Positions 37,516 through 49,747 of a DNA stretch of 64,000 bases are shown in pieces. The DNA is from Lytechinus pictus. Taxonomy: Eukaryota. The notes below the pieces were generated by a model that worked only from the letters and a program-made list of their open reading frames with translations, made no database searches and had not been told where the DNA came from. Made by a program: the position numbers and the translations under genes. The stretch spans positions 186,001-250,000 of the forward strand of contig NC_087251.1 of the NCBI RefSeq assembly GCF_037042905.1. Reading direction: 5' to 3'. Each line of letters starts with the position of its first letter. The stretch's first letter is position 1.

Positions 37516-38913
37516 GTCATTGCTCTGTTTCAGATTCTTTATCTGATTCTGAGTCAGATCCACTTTCTTCTTCAGTTGGGATGTAATCTCCGAGGGTAAT
37601 GTCTTTCCTGGGACTATCGTAGATCAGGTTCACGCTTTCTTCTATATGAACTTGGGTGTTAGAGTAATTGCTTGGTTGACTACATTCCTTTTGACTACTG
37701 GCACTGTCCTTCGTAGCCTTTATTCTCTCACTATCTTGGTGTTTGAAAGACCTTGAAGACTTTGTGATCCTTCCTCTAAATATTCTGAGGTTCGTTTCGC
37801 CGTTCTCACGTCTACTGTGTAGTTCCTTCCTTAAGAGCTTCCTATCTTCTCTCTGTTGGAGTGTCAAGTCCGGTGAGATATAAGTGTTCTTCCACCTCTC
37901 TGAATTTCTAAGGTGTTTTGCATTCCTGAGAATTTCCCTCTTTTTCATCTGATTGGGATCATCTGACAATTCTATGAGAAGGACCCGATATTTGTCTGGA
38001 TTCCATCTTCCCAATCTAGTTACCTTTGCAATGTTCACGTCTGCTACTTTCACCCCTGCGTTGAGGATTTCCCTTACGGATGCAATATCATCCTGCTGCC
38101 TTATGTTGCGTACGTTACTTCCAGATTCTGAAACACCGAAAATAACAATGTTGTTTTTCCGCTTTTCTCTTTCTTCTATCTCAACTACTGATTTGGTGAT
38201 AACCTCAACCAAGCCTTCTTGACCATGTCTTTGATTGGGTTGGTGTGAATCAATCAAACTTGCATCATTCCTTGGTTCTGTACCTCCAGCAGCATAAGCG
38301 TAAGTCCGATACGATGATGATCTACCATGAGTAGGATGTGGTTGAGATTCACGCACCGGCAATCCTTGTATACTAGATATTGAGTCATGCATCTGTTTCA
38401 TGGCATTTTCTATCTTCTGATTCACCTCCTTTTTCATCCCTTCTAGTAAATTCTCAATATCTGTACATGTCGCTGGTGTAGTAGTGGATGGTCTAACGTT
38501 ATCCATACCCGCACCGGGCTTAGAGTGGGTGGACCTTACAGCTTCTCTTGCTCCTTTAATAGCCATTTTCTCACATTCTTTACAGAACCAATGACATTTC
38601 TCACCAGCTTTACTTCGAATTACATTGTAAACTTCTATGGTTATGTCTTGGCATGGTAAACACACCCATCGATCACAAGTTTCACACTCAATTAATTGTT
38701 TCCTTCCTGATTTCTTACAAAGCTGGCATACGAGTATCCCTAAATTAGACCCCAAAAAAGCCAATCTGGAAAAAAATTATTGGAAATGGTTTTTTGACTG
38801 ATTTGAGTAGGTATGGGTGTCAACATTTACCAAAAAAAAGTTAGGAGGAATACGGGTTGGGGAAAGTGCTTTTTTCAAGGTCAAAGGTCAATGACCTTTT
38901 CGTACATACTGTA

Positions 38914-40694
38914 CAGTGTGTTTCTAAAAAAAGTAAACCCAACTTCAACGGCAAATTTTCAGAAAACTAAAAAATATTTACACATTATTTTTTCATGGTT
39001 AGATAGTCCAATAAGTCCTCTGTCCAATTACATCACTTAGGTTATCTAACTCTCATGCATGACTGAGCATGATTCAACTTAGTGAATGGGTGTGAAATCA
39101 TCACTGTGGCAAGTTAGAATTGCACTTTGATTGGAAGTTCATCAATCAAATGACATAGGAAATGTCTGATTTCTTACGAGCATAGCTTAGGGATGTGTAC
39201 CCTCGACATGACCGCCATTCCTTTCGATACAACGCCTCCTCATGTCCCTGACAGCACGCCTGATCATTCCCTGATCTTGTCGTAATCGGTTCACCTCACC
39301 TGTTATCCGTTGCCTCAGCTCCTGAATTGTGGCCGGTGGGGTTTGGAACACTTTTCCTTCAAGAGACCCCCAAAGAAAGAAATCGCATGGTGTCAGATCT
39401 GGTGAACGTACAGGCCACTCAACTGGGAAATGAAGAGCAATGATGCGATTGCCAAAGAGTTCAGTCAAATGATTCCTCACAGCAATAAGTCTGTGGGCTG
39501 GGGCCCCATCCTGAGCCCACCAGGCCCTGCGGAATGCTCCACATCGTTGTCGGGGGAAGATCTGTTCCATCTCAGGCACAATAAAATTGTTCAGCATGTC
39601 AAGGTACGCCCTGCCATTGATGTTGCCTTCAAAAAAGTAAGATCCCACCAATGAACCATCGCCACAAAGACCAATCCAGACACTCACTTTCTCCCTGCTC
39701 ATGTTCTTATTAAAAGCATATCCCGGTGGATGATGGAGTTCAGCATACTCGTGCTCATTGTGGGTGTTTACCATTCTATCCATGGAAAACGTTGCTTCAT
39801 CCCCGATGGTAAAAAACTGGAGGAACTGTCGATCTCGGTTGCACCGGTTCACAAACCATTAAATTGAAGTCGTCTGGGAAAATCAGCTGGTAGAAGTTGG
39901 TGCTGAACATGAACATGATATGGATGGAGATGCAAATCCAGTCTTGCTATTCTGTTAAAAGTTGCGCGTGGTATTCCAGTATCATTTCTCCTGGTGCTTA
40001 TGCGTGGGTTGGCTTGGATGGCCTCTCTTACCACTTGGATGTTTTCAGCAGACCTCCCAGTTCGTCTGTGGCCAGAGTGTCCTTTATTCCTGTTCAAACT
40101 GGTTCCGTGATTAGCATACTTTCTCACATTGTACCAGATGGCTCTTTTTGTTGGAGGCTGCCTCTCGGGGAACTGCACCCGAAAAGCCTCTTGAACTTCC
40201 ACAAAACTTCTTGTTTCCTGGTATCGAGTTACCAGGAATACTCTCTGCTCAATTGTCAACTGTACTATGTTTGGAAAGCATGTGAAGTGTGCCTGTATCA
40301 GGAACAACCTTTGCTGAATTTGTTATGTAATCATAGGCCTAACATGTGACAAAAATTTAACTTCAAATAGGCCCTGAATGCATGACAATAGCAAGAAATA
40401 ACTTGCCAAAGTGATTATTTAATCATAGGCCTAACATGTGACAAACATTTAACTTCAAATAGGCCTTGAATGCATGACAATAACAAGAAATTACTTGCCA
40501 CAGTGATGATTTGACACCAGTTCACTAAGTTGAATCATGCTCAGTCATGCATGAGAGTTAGATAACCTAAGTGATATAATAGGACAGAGGACTTATTGGA
40601 CTTATCTAACCATGCAAAAATAATGTGTAAATATTTTTTAGTTTTCTGAAAATTTGCCGTTGAAGTTGGGTATACTTTTTTTAGAGACACGCTG
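38914..40694 (-). mobile_element. Tc1/mariner transposon, DD41D (rosa/Visitor) type
   Basis: TA TSD; ~200-bp TIRs CAGTGTGTTTCTAAAAAAAGTA; transposase in two frames. Confidence 0.93.
39187..40270 (-). pseudogene. DD41D transposase, frameshifted near 39850
   Basis: N-terminal HTH (LTIEQRVFLV...FRVQFP); IGDEATF, QDGAPAH, WPVRSPDLTPCDFFLWG; 41 residues between the 2nd and 3rd Asp. Confidence 0.9.
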
Positions 40695-43600
40695 TATAAT
40701 GGTATCTCTGAGATAGAAAGGCGCAGGTTGGTGATAATGGTGTCAAAATGCACAGATTCTTACCAGAATATCAAATAGAATAAAATTAATGACCTAGAAT
40801 GCACATTCACCTATAAAATTCAAGGTCAAAGCCTTTCAAAAGGTCAAGGACCTTTTTTACATTACATGTATATACCATACCGTATAATGGTTTCTCTGAG
40901 ATGATAAGGTACATGCCGGTGATCTTGGTGTCAAAATGTACAGATTCTTACAAGAAGATCAAATAAAATAAACTTAAGTACCTAGAATGCACATTCACCA
41001 ATAAAATTCAAGGTCAAAGCTTTTCAAAGGTCAATGACCTATTTACATTATATACCATATACTGTATAATGGTATCCCTGAGATGAAAAAGCACAGGTTG
41101 GTGATCATGGTGTCAAAATGCACAGATTCTTACCAGAAGATCAAATAGAATAAAATTAAGTACCTAGAATGCACATTCATGCATAAAATTTAAGGCCAAA
41201 GGTCAATGACCTTTTATACTATATATACCATATTATATAATTGTATCTCTAAGATAAAACGGTGCAGGTTGGTGTTCTTGGTGTCAAAACACGCATATTC
41301 TTACAGGAAGATAGAATAAAATTAAGCATCGAGAATGCACATTCACCCATAAAATTCAAGGACAAAGTCCTTTTAAACATTAGATAATAATAATGGTATC
41401 TATGAGATAAAACACCGCGGCAGGTTGGTGATCTTGGTGCCAAAATCCAAAGACTTGTACAAGAAGATTAAACAACACTAAAATAAGTATAAAGAATAAA
41501 CTTTCACCCTTGAAATCCTAGATCAGAGGAAATATACAATCTATATGACATAAAAATAACCAAAAACAATATCTTTTGTGTTCATATTTTATATCTGAAT
41601 AATGTAAATAACCATGGCTAATTTGTAATGAAAACATGGAGGTTTCATAATTTCGGTCTGAAATAATGAAGGCCATGGAGAATGTATTTAGGGGTCAGAG
41701 GTCAATGAGCCCTTTCCAAAATATCAGTGGAAATTAAGTAAAAAAAGTTGATGACAAAATAACACTTTTTCATATACTGCGATGCATTGCCAAAAGCACT
41801 GAAAAAATAAATGAAATCAAGTATATAATTTGAAATGATTTTTATCTTAAGTAGCAGCATTTAATGCATCATTATATCTAAATCAAGGTTGTCGTGTCTT
41901 TTCTCTCCAGCGATAGGCCACTCACCTCAATGCTATAATAAATAGTATAAACTATTAGCTTAATCTTCTGAAAATGGATAGGACAGGTCTAACTCTCATG
42001 TCACAGCTAGCATCATCTGAGAGCATTTCCATACAGCAGAGGGATGATGATGATGATGAAATGAAGGCCATCATTAGAGCTGCAGCTTCTGTCATACATG
42101 TAGTGAATTACATTATATATCAACTTCAACAAAGGTGAATTCCCGTATTATTATTAATTACCTTTCATCAGTTCATTGCGAGCTGCCAGAATCTCTTGTG
42201 ATGCTAATGCTGCAAGACAAAACTTCATCTGCTCTCTGCCGTACGTCACCCATGATGCTATTTCTACTAGGTATCAGTTTGTACAAGGATCATGTTTTTG
42301 GTCCAGAACAACCGATTGTTATCATGCACAAATTAGGCATATAACAATGAAATTCAAAAGGAGATAATAGCTTACAAGTACACATCCATCGACCTAACAA
42401 AACTCCTACAGCACCACTTCCAGTTCTTGAGAATCAAGCTGTGCAATTATCAGTAATAATATAGATCCTGGTCTGATATCCCTTGACAGAATGTAAGGCT
42501 TTCATTGAATGGGCCAGATCAAAGTCTTGAAAATGTCAGAAGGTTTTCAAGAGTTCAATTACTCTTTGCTGAAGTTGAGACACTTAACTTCATCTATGAC
42601 AAAAGCTGCTGCTCTAATGATTGCCTTATTTTAATTCTTCGTCATTGTCCCTGGCTATATGAAAATGTTCTCGGATGATGCTTGCCATAAGAGTTAGGCC
42701 TATCCTTTCCATTTACAGATTAAGTTATAGTGTTATAGTATTGATTGTAGCATTTGAGGTTAGTGACCTATCGCTACAGAGAAATTGGTACCTTGATTTA
42801 GATTTATAAAATGCATATCTAAATGCTGCTACTTTAGGTAACTTCACCATTGTCACCATTTCAAATTATATCACACATGATTTTTTTACACTTTTGTCAA
42901 TGCATTACAGTATGTTATATTAAAGAAAAAGTGCTATTTGATCCAATTTTACCTCGAACTTGTATTTTGACATCATCATTGGTCAAGGATTCAACTATTA
43001 AATATGTGTTCTTTTTCCACGCAGGTCAGTCTTTTTCCCATCAGAATCACTATACCTACATGCCACAATCACGTTATATCGACCTATTTACTTAAATTCC
43101 CTGACGTTATTGACATAGTTGATTGACCTTTAACTCCTGAATATATTTTCCATGGCCATTTTTATCCTTATTTCAGAGTGAAATTATTAGACTTCCAAGT
43201 TTTCATTACAAATAGTTATCTTTCTTTCTATTATTCACAAATAAAATGTGAATATAATGGATTAATTTCTTTTTTGGGGGAATCATGCATGGATATATAA
43301 ATATTTATCAACTTTTGACCTTTGACTTTGGATATTGGATTATTCTGTATGATTATTTTGAGTCTTTTTTATCTTCAAAATCACCAACATGCAGCGTTTT
43401 ATCTTAGAGATACCTTTATACGATATATAGCCTATGTGAAAAGGTCACTGACCTTTGACCTTGAACTTTATGGATTAGTATGCATTCTAGGTGATTAACT
43501 TTATCTTATTTGACCTTCCTGTAAGAATCTGGGAATTTTTATACAACGATCACCAACCTGTGCCGTTTCATCTCAGAGATACTATTATACAGTATGATAC

Positions 43601-45744
43601 ATAATGTAAAAAAGGTCATTGACCTTTGAAAGGTTTTTACCTTGAATTTTATAGTTTGATGTGCATTCTGGGTACTTAATTCTATTTTATTTGATCTTCC
43701 TGTAAGAACCTCTGCATTTTGACACCAAGATCACCAACCTGCACCTTTTCTTCTCAGAGATACCATTATACCGTATATGGTATACAATGTAAAAAAAAGG
43801 TCATTGAGCTTTGAAAGGTTTTGACCTTGAATTTCATTCATTTGATGAATGAGCATTGTAGGTACTTGATTTGATTTCATTTGATCTTCTTGTAAGAATC
43901 TGTGCATTTTGACACCAAGATCACCAACCTGCGCCTTTTCATCTCAGAGATAGCATTATACCGTATATGGTATATAATGTAGAAAAAGGTCATTGACATT
44001 TGAAAGGCTTTGACCTTGAATTTTATAGTTTAATGTGCATTCTGGGTACTTAATTCTATTTTATTTGATCTTCCTGTAAGAACCTCTGCATTTTGACACC
44101 AAGATCACCAACCTGCACCTTTTCATCTCAGAGATACCATTATACCGTATATGGTATACAATGTAAAAAAAAGGTCATTGAGCTTTGAAAGGTTTTGACC
44201 TTGAATTTCATTCATTTGATGAATGAGCATTGTAGGTACTTGATTTGATTTCATTTGATCTTCTTGTAAGAATCTGTGCATTTTGACACCAAGATCACCA
44301 ACCTGCGCCTTTTCATCTCAGAGATAGCATTATACCGTATATGGTATATAATGTAGAAAAAGGTCATTGACATTTGAAAGGCTTTGACCTTGAATTTTAT
44401 TGTTTAATGTGCATTCTGGGTAATTAATTTGATTTTATTTGATCTTCCTGTAAGAACCTCTGCATTTTGACACCTAGATCACCAACCTGCACCTTTTCAT
44501 CTCAGAGATACCATTATACCGTATATGGTATATAATGTAATAAAGGTCATTGAACTTTGAAAGGCTTTGACCTTGAATTTCATGGGTGAATGAGCATTTT
44601 AGGTACTTGATTTGATTTTATTTGATCTTCTTGTAAGAATCTGTGCATTTTGACACCATGATCACCAACCTGTAATATTTTATCTGGGAGATACCATGAT
44701 ACAGTATATTTAAAAAGGTCATTGACCTTTGACCTTGAAAAAAAGCACTTTCCCCAACCCGTATTCCTCCTAACTTTTTTTTGGTAAATGTTGACACCCA
44801 TACCTACTCAAATCAGTCAAAAAACCATTTCCAATAATTTTATTCCAGTTGGTTACTAATTACGGGATACTATACAAGGGAAAAATCTTCCACATCAGCT
44901 TTGTTTCCCTTCTTGGACTTTGTCTCAGATTTTTTATTGCTAGAAGTAGAACTGATTACACTTGATGATCCCCTTTGGCTTTTGCCAGCTCTCCCTTTCT
45001 TCTCATGTTTAACGTTAGATCCTTGCTCAGTGAGAATAATACGCTTGGTTTTATTCAATGATGCTGTGCTATTTGAAGATGCCGATTCATTCACTCTAAT
45101 CTCTGAGTCTGAAGTTTGATCATTGATTAAGTCTTTGGTTATCTCTTCATTTTCACATTTTTTCTCACTTTTTCCGAATGGAGAAATTCTTGTAAGAGTT
45201 TGCTGTATTCTATCCATGGTAAATAAATGAGGACTGTCACTAAATAACAAATTCAGTAGGAAGAGAAAAAAATATCGGATACAAAGTACCACTCACGTTC
45301 CCTTGTGCGCGTCGTTATTGCGGATCCAGCTGACTGCAGGCACCGGGCAACGGCCGGCGTAGGTGATTGTGACGACCCGCTCGATGTCTGTGCCTATAGA
45401 TGAATCCGCGACACTGCGACGGCAAATTTGCAATCCAGTATAATCCTTGCGAATCTGAGCCAATCCTTCGTGAAAAATCACTTCTAAAGCAAGAGCAGAT
45501 CCTGTTTCACACTAAAAGTGATTTATTTCCAAAAAAATCCAGTACGAGAAGATCAAAAATCTAAAATTTTCCGAGAGTTTTTTTTTTCCACACATACGTC
45601 CGCATCCACCATGCTTTTTTGTTGATGAACCAATTGTGCAATCACCTGCAGCACGAAATAAATCTATTCAAACCAACAAAAGTAAAGGTAATCTTACATC
45701 AATATTTTTGGTTTAAAACACAATCAGCATTGATTTTGTATATG

Positions 45745-46045
45745 AAATCATGAAAATACTTACTGAATTTCTTATTTACAAAATAACTACATACATCCCT
45801 TTAATCTATGCATATTCATCCACATAAATGGCTACACCGAAGACAACACACAAAAGTCCTTGCACGGCATTCATCTCCCCCCGAGCGGCACGTCCAGTCA
45901 CTCATGCATAGAGACTCCATCATCCTCTTACGAGCACGAACACTGAGACACGTTGCCTTGCAAGATGAGGGGCCAGTGGGAGGGTTTAAAGGGATGTATC
46001 CAGTTATTTCGTAAATAAGAAAATCAGTAAGTATTTTCATGATTT
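45745..46045. mobile_element. Small inverted-repeat element (MITE-like)
   Basis: ~60-bp imperfect inverted repeats AAATCATGAAAATACTTACTGA / TCAGTAAGTATTTTCATGATTT. Confidence 0.55.
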
Positions 46046-46117
46046 ACTATCAATAACTGGGATACATCCCTGTATGCTAGACCAACATGGATTCAACCGT
46101 GGGGAGGCATGTCTTAG

Positions 46118-46859
46118 CCCTAAATAGACTGGGCTATTTCGATGCCTAAGAAGACTGGGGGGGCTGATTCAGCCCCCCCTTATGATCTCGGCCGTCGATT
46201 GCGCGATCGCGATGAAAATTGGCATGCGCGTTACCCATCGCATTATCAACAAAACTATAATATCAATTTCTGCGAAAAATCTCATTGGTCATTAATTATG
46301 CTAATTTATGCGTAAACAAGTTTGCTCTAATTAATGAAATAATAAACCTAAAAATGCTAATTTTTGCTTCACATACTCTAGATAGGCATCTGATCAAATT
46401 TATTTCTCAAAAATTTCAAAAAAAAACATTTATTTTCTTATATGTATTCTATTGTTTTCTAAATTTCTTATGTATTTCTTTGTTTTTTGACTTTTTGTTT
46501 TTTATTGTTTTTTCAATGGAAATTGTCGGAGACTTTATTTTGACCATAAACAAGATAAGATTTATTTATTTCAAGCAGTAAAAGGAAAAATAATGATACA
46601 TTTATGAATTTTGGCTAAAAACACTATTTGCATTGGATTTGTACACAAATGCACGTTTTTGAGTAATTTTGGGTCTGCATGCACTTACGAAATGTGGCGT
46701 AATTTCGAAACCGCGTACCCGGGGGTCACAATTTCGGTCTCAAAAGTTGCGCGAGACTTGAAAGTAAAAAGCCAGCGAGCGACGCGGTCAAAAAATTTCA
46801 AGCGGCGGATTTTTCGCGAGAAATGTTGAGGGGGATCAGCCCCCCCAGTCTTCTTAGGG
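46118..46859. mobile_element. piggyBac-like MITE
   Basis: TTAG|CCCTAA...AGACTGGG and CCCAGTCT...TTAGGG|TTAA termini. Confidence 0.8.
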
Positions 46860-46863
46860 TTAA

Positions 46864-49745
46864 GCAAAAAGTATGCAAGGGAACAGGGCTGAGGAGGGAA
46901 AACTTTTCTCCTCAGATGAAATATCTTTCAAGGGAAAGACAGGAAGTGTAGGTGGAGTGCCAAAAACAGCCCTCAAATGTCATCAAATGGAGAAATCTTG
47001 AAAAAGGAGACATGACGATCCAATACTCATGGTATCGTAGGCCTCTGCCCTCGTATTGGAAAGAGCGCGTTGCGCCTGCTGAACTAAATGCAACAACAAA
47101 TCAGCGTGAATGTTTCAAAAGAAAAAGACAAGGGCTGAACAGATTCGGGAACTCACATTGTCTAATCGAAAACCCCGACTGGTCATCAGACTCTATCTTT
47201 AGAAGGCATGGGGTCTGAAGGGGAGTTAGAAAACTCCAGTGAACAAAGCGGCTTTCGGCTACGATTATGCCAAGCCGTATCAACGCAAACGAAAAGAAGG
47301 CAAAACATCTCAGATGCCCCCCCCCCCCCCCCCCCCCCATACAGGGGAAGGCACCCAGAAGCAGACCTCTGTCTCATTCGCGTGAGAACAAACCACCTGC
47401 GATTTGCGACTATGTTCCCGATGGGAACGAGTGAGGTAATGATCGGCCCTACCCTGTCGAAATCTCCTCGCCCAAATAGGTGGGCGGAGGAGTAGAGCGA
47501 GGTGAGAATAAAATCACAGATACACCTCAGAGTCTGTGACGAGAACCAAGTTGTTTAAATAAACAACAGCCACAAGGCTTGGTTACTCCGGTAGGCTGCT
47601 ACGGTGGTGATCACACAGGTGAACACCCCAGGCGCTGGTCACAGAGCGAACAGGAAGGCACGATATCGGCACTGAACGTATGTGTCCCGTAAGTCATGGA
47701 AGGCAACAAGGACTGACGCCTCACGCGACGGGAGGATGAGGGCCCAAGCTTCCATTCGGAAAGCGCTGGTGAAGTGAAGATCACTTTCGTGTTGGGGCTC
47801 ATCCTCAGTTTGCCCGAGAGATAGGGGGTCACAATGTCTCAGCTCAAGTTTGATGACAGACAGCCTGGTGGGTGTTTCATGAAAGTTGTCAGCACTGACT
47901 AAATTGTCAGTGCTGACAATTTCAGTGAAATCCTTGGTTTTGATTGGCTGAAAGGCACTGGCTCTGACTGTTACTATGGTAACTGTCGGAGAAAGACAAC
48001 TTGTCAGTGCTGACAACTTTCATGAAACGGAATGTTCGGGCCAACGGCCTAGCGACAGGCAGCCCACTCCTGCCCCTGCCACCAAGGGAATGTTAACCTG
48101 TGGTCTGGTGTGGGCTCGCCGGCCGGACAGGTTGAGTGTGCCCAGGGGGCAGGCATCAAGGTGCCAAGGGGCGGGAGGCCTGGGGCTTGAAAACAAGCCT
48201 GAACGCCTGTATGCGGCCATCAATCTTCATCACAGATGTGGCCGCTACTCTCTTCCAAAGAAGTGCTTATCCGACCGGGAAAAGCCCAGGATAAAAACAC
48301 TGAATGTCCACTGGAGGGATATCTAGCATAGAAATAGCTGATTCTCTCTGGACGTTCGATGTAGTTGTAGCAAAGATAGTTAACCACAACCTTGGCGCAC
48401 CGAGCAGCGATACCTTAGTGATACTAACAAAAAGTAAGCTATCGACCGCTGTGACATTAAGCTCCGATATTTGTGCTCGTCGGCTCCGCAGAGCTCCTAG
48501 GTAAATAGTGAGCCTGACCGCTGAGCGGGAATGGTGCTCATATTGAAGAGCCGACCTCTCTAAAGCAGTGACCGCTGGAGAACGGATGCCTATACTAGCC
48601 CTGACTCTAGCGAGTTGGAGAGAGTAGGACATAGAAGCCCAACGGTAGTGTAAGAGATTCTTCCCTTCAATCTACGGGTCCGCTCGGGGTAGATGTGAGG
48701 GAGTTACCACTGAAAGAGTCGGCGCCATGATCAATTCATGTCCAGACTCGGGAGCCCGCCAACAGACTGCAGTGAATCTAGAAAATCGGAAGCACCTGCA
48801 TATCAACGGGAGTTACCCATGCAGGTGAGTGGGCCAGAGATTAATAAGCATCGCCTGCGGACATGCTGGGATGAGACCCGCATGTTGGTAGCACCTGCAA
48901 ATTAGCAGGGTGAACACCCGCGCAGGTGAATGGGCTGGCGATTTCATAGAAAAAGCTGGCAGCTCTCCAATGAGAGAGATGGCGTGAGTCTAGTTGATTA
49001 GCTCGGCACCTGGAATGGAGGCCAGGACTGACAGAGAGCGTGAGGTTATAGACCCGCACTGCTAGAGAGCGTGTTGACGTAAAAAATGTGACGCCAAGCC
49101 ATCAATTATCGGGAGCCTGTCAACATGGTGGGGCTGAGACCCAAATGTCGGTAGCACCTGCATACTAACGGGGGTCACCCGTGCAGGTGAAAGGGCCGGC
49201 GATTCCATGGAAATGCTGGTGACTCTCCGAGGTGCGAGATGGCAAGTGTCTGCTTGAACCGTCTGGTGTCTACATGGCAGCTAAAGCTGACAGGGAGCGT
49301 GGGGGAACAGACCTGCACGGCTCGTGGGCGCGGTTCCAAGTTCCAGCCTCCTGGGCACGTGGACGGACTCCACGGTTCCATCCTTCTTTTCTCAGGGCAC
49401 ATGGACGAGATTCCACGGTTCAACCCTTTTTTTTAGTGCCCGACGCAAAGGGTCTCACTCTGTTGCCCTTTTACTCACCGCCGCTGATCGCGAGAAAAGT
49501 ATACAAGCCTGGCTCTTCCCCAGCGGCAGACTTGGGATCATCAAGGAATGAGTCGAAAAATGCTCATCTACCTAGTAAAGTTCTTAACCTGAAAGAACAA
49601 AGAGGAAGGGCAGGGAGGGGGTGGACAACAAAAGGTAGACAAAACCAAGGTACCCTTAAGGAAAATATTAATATTAACATTTCTGATAATTAAGCAGGAC
49701 AAGTCTTCTTAAGACTTGAGTCCAAAGACACAAGATAAGAAAAAA
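46864..49745 (-). mobile_element. Highly decayed DIRS1-like retroelement, copy 2 (limits approximate)
   Basis: Collinear similarity to 24120-27670 (GTTCCC..GAGTGAGGTAA, AAACAAGCCTGAACGC, GACCGGGAAA, TTCTTAACCTGAAAGAACAA). Confidence 0.6.
47868..48030. mobile_element. Short palindromic MITE
   Basis: GTTTCATGAAAGTTGTCAGCACTGAC / GTCAGTGCTGACAACTTTCATGAAAC. Confidence 0.75.
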
Positions 49746-49747
49746 AA

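Larger units (their letters stand above)
38732..44872. mobile_element. Foldback-type long-TIR non-autonomous DNA transposon (Academ-like)
   Basis: Termini GAGTATCCC / GGGATACTA; TSD TAC (or ATAC); arms contain ~165-170-bp tandem repeats (40700-41500, 43300-44700); possible transposase remnant LLGISLY...MHKLGI near 42240-42344. Confidence 0.75.
37517..45218 (-). pseudogene. CR1-like ORF1 (basic N-terminus 45218-44873, PHD finger and RRM-like part 38731-37517)
   Basis: Removing the insertion joins EDFSLV to CQLCKK in frame; CETCDRWVCLPC...WFCKEC; KRKNNIVIFGVSE; YISPDLT. Confidence 0.88.
34945..45610 (-). mobile_element. Near full-length CR1-like LINE, ORF1 interrupted by a 6.1-kb insertion, 3' end truncated
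   Basis: 5' UTR ~45220-45610, PHD ORF1, APE-RT ORF2 in several frames. Confidence 0.92.
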
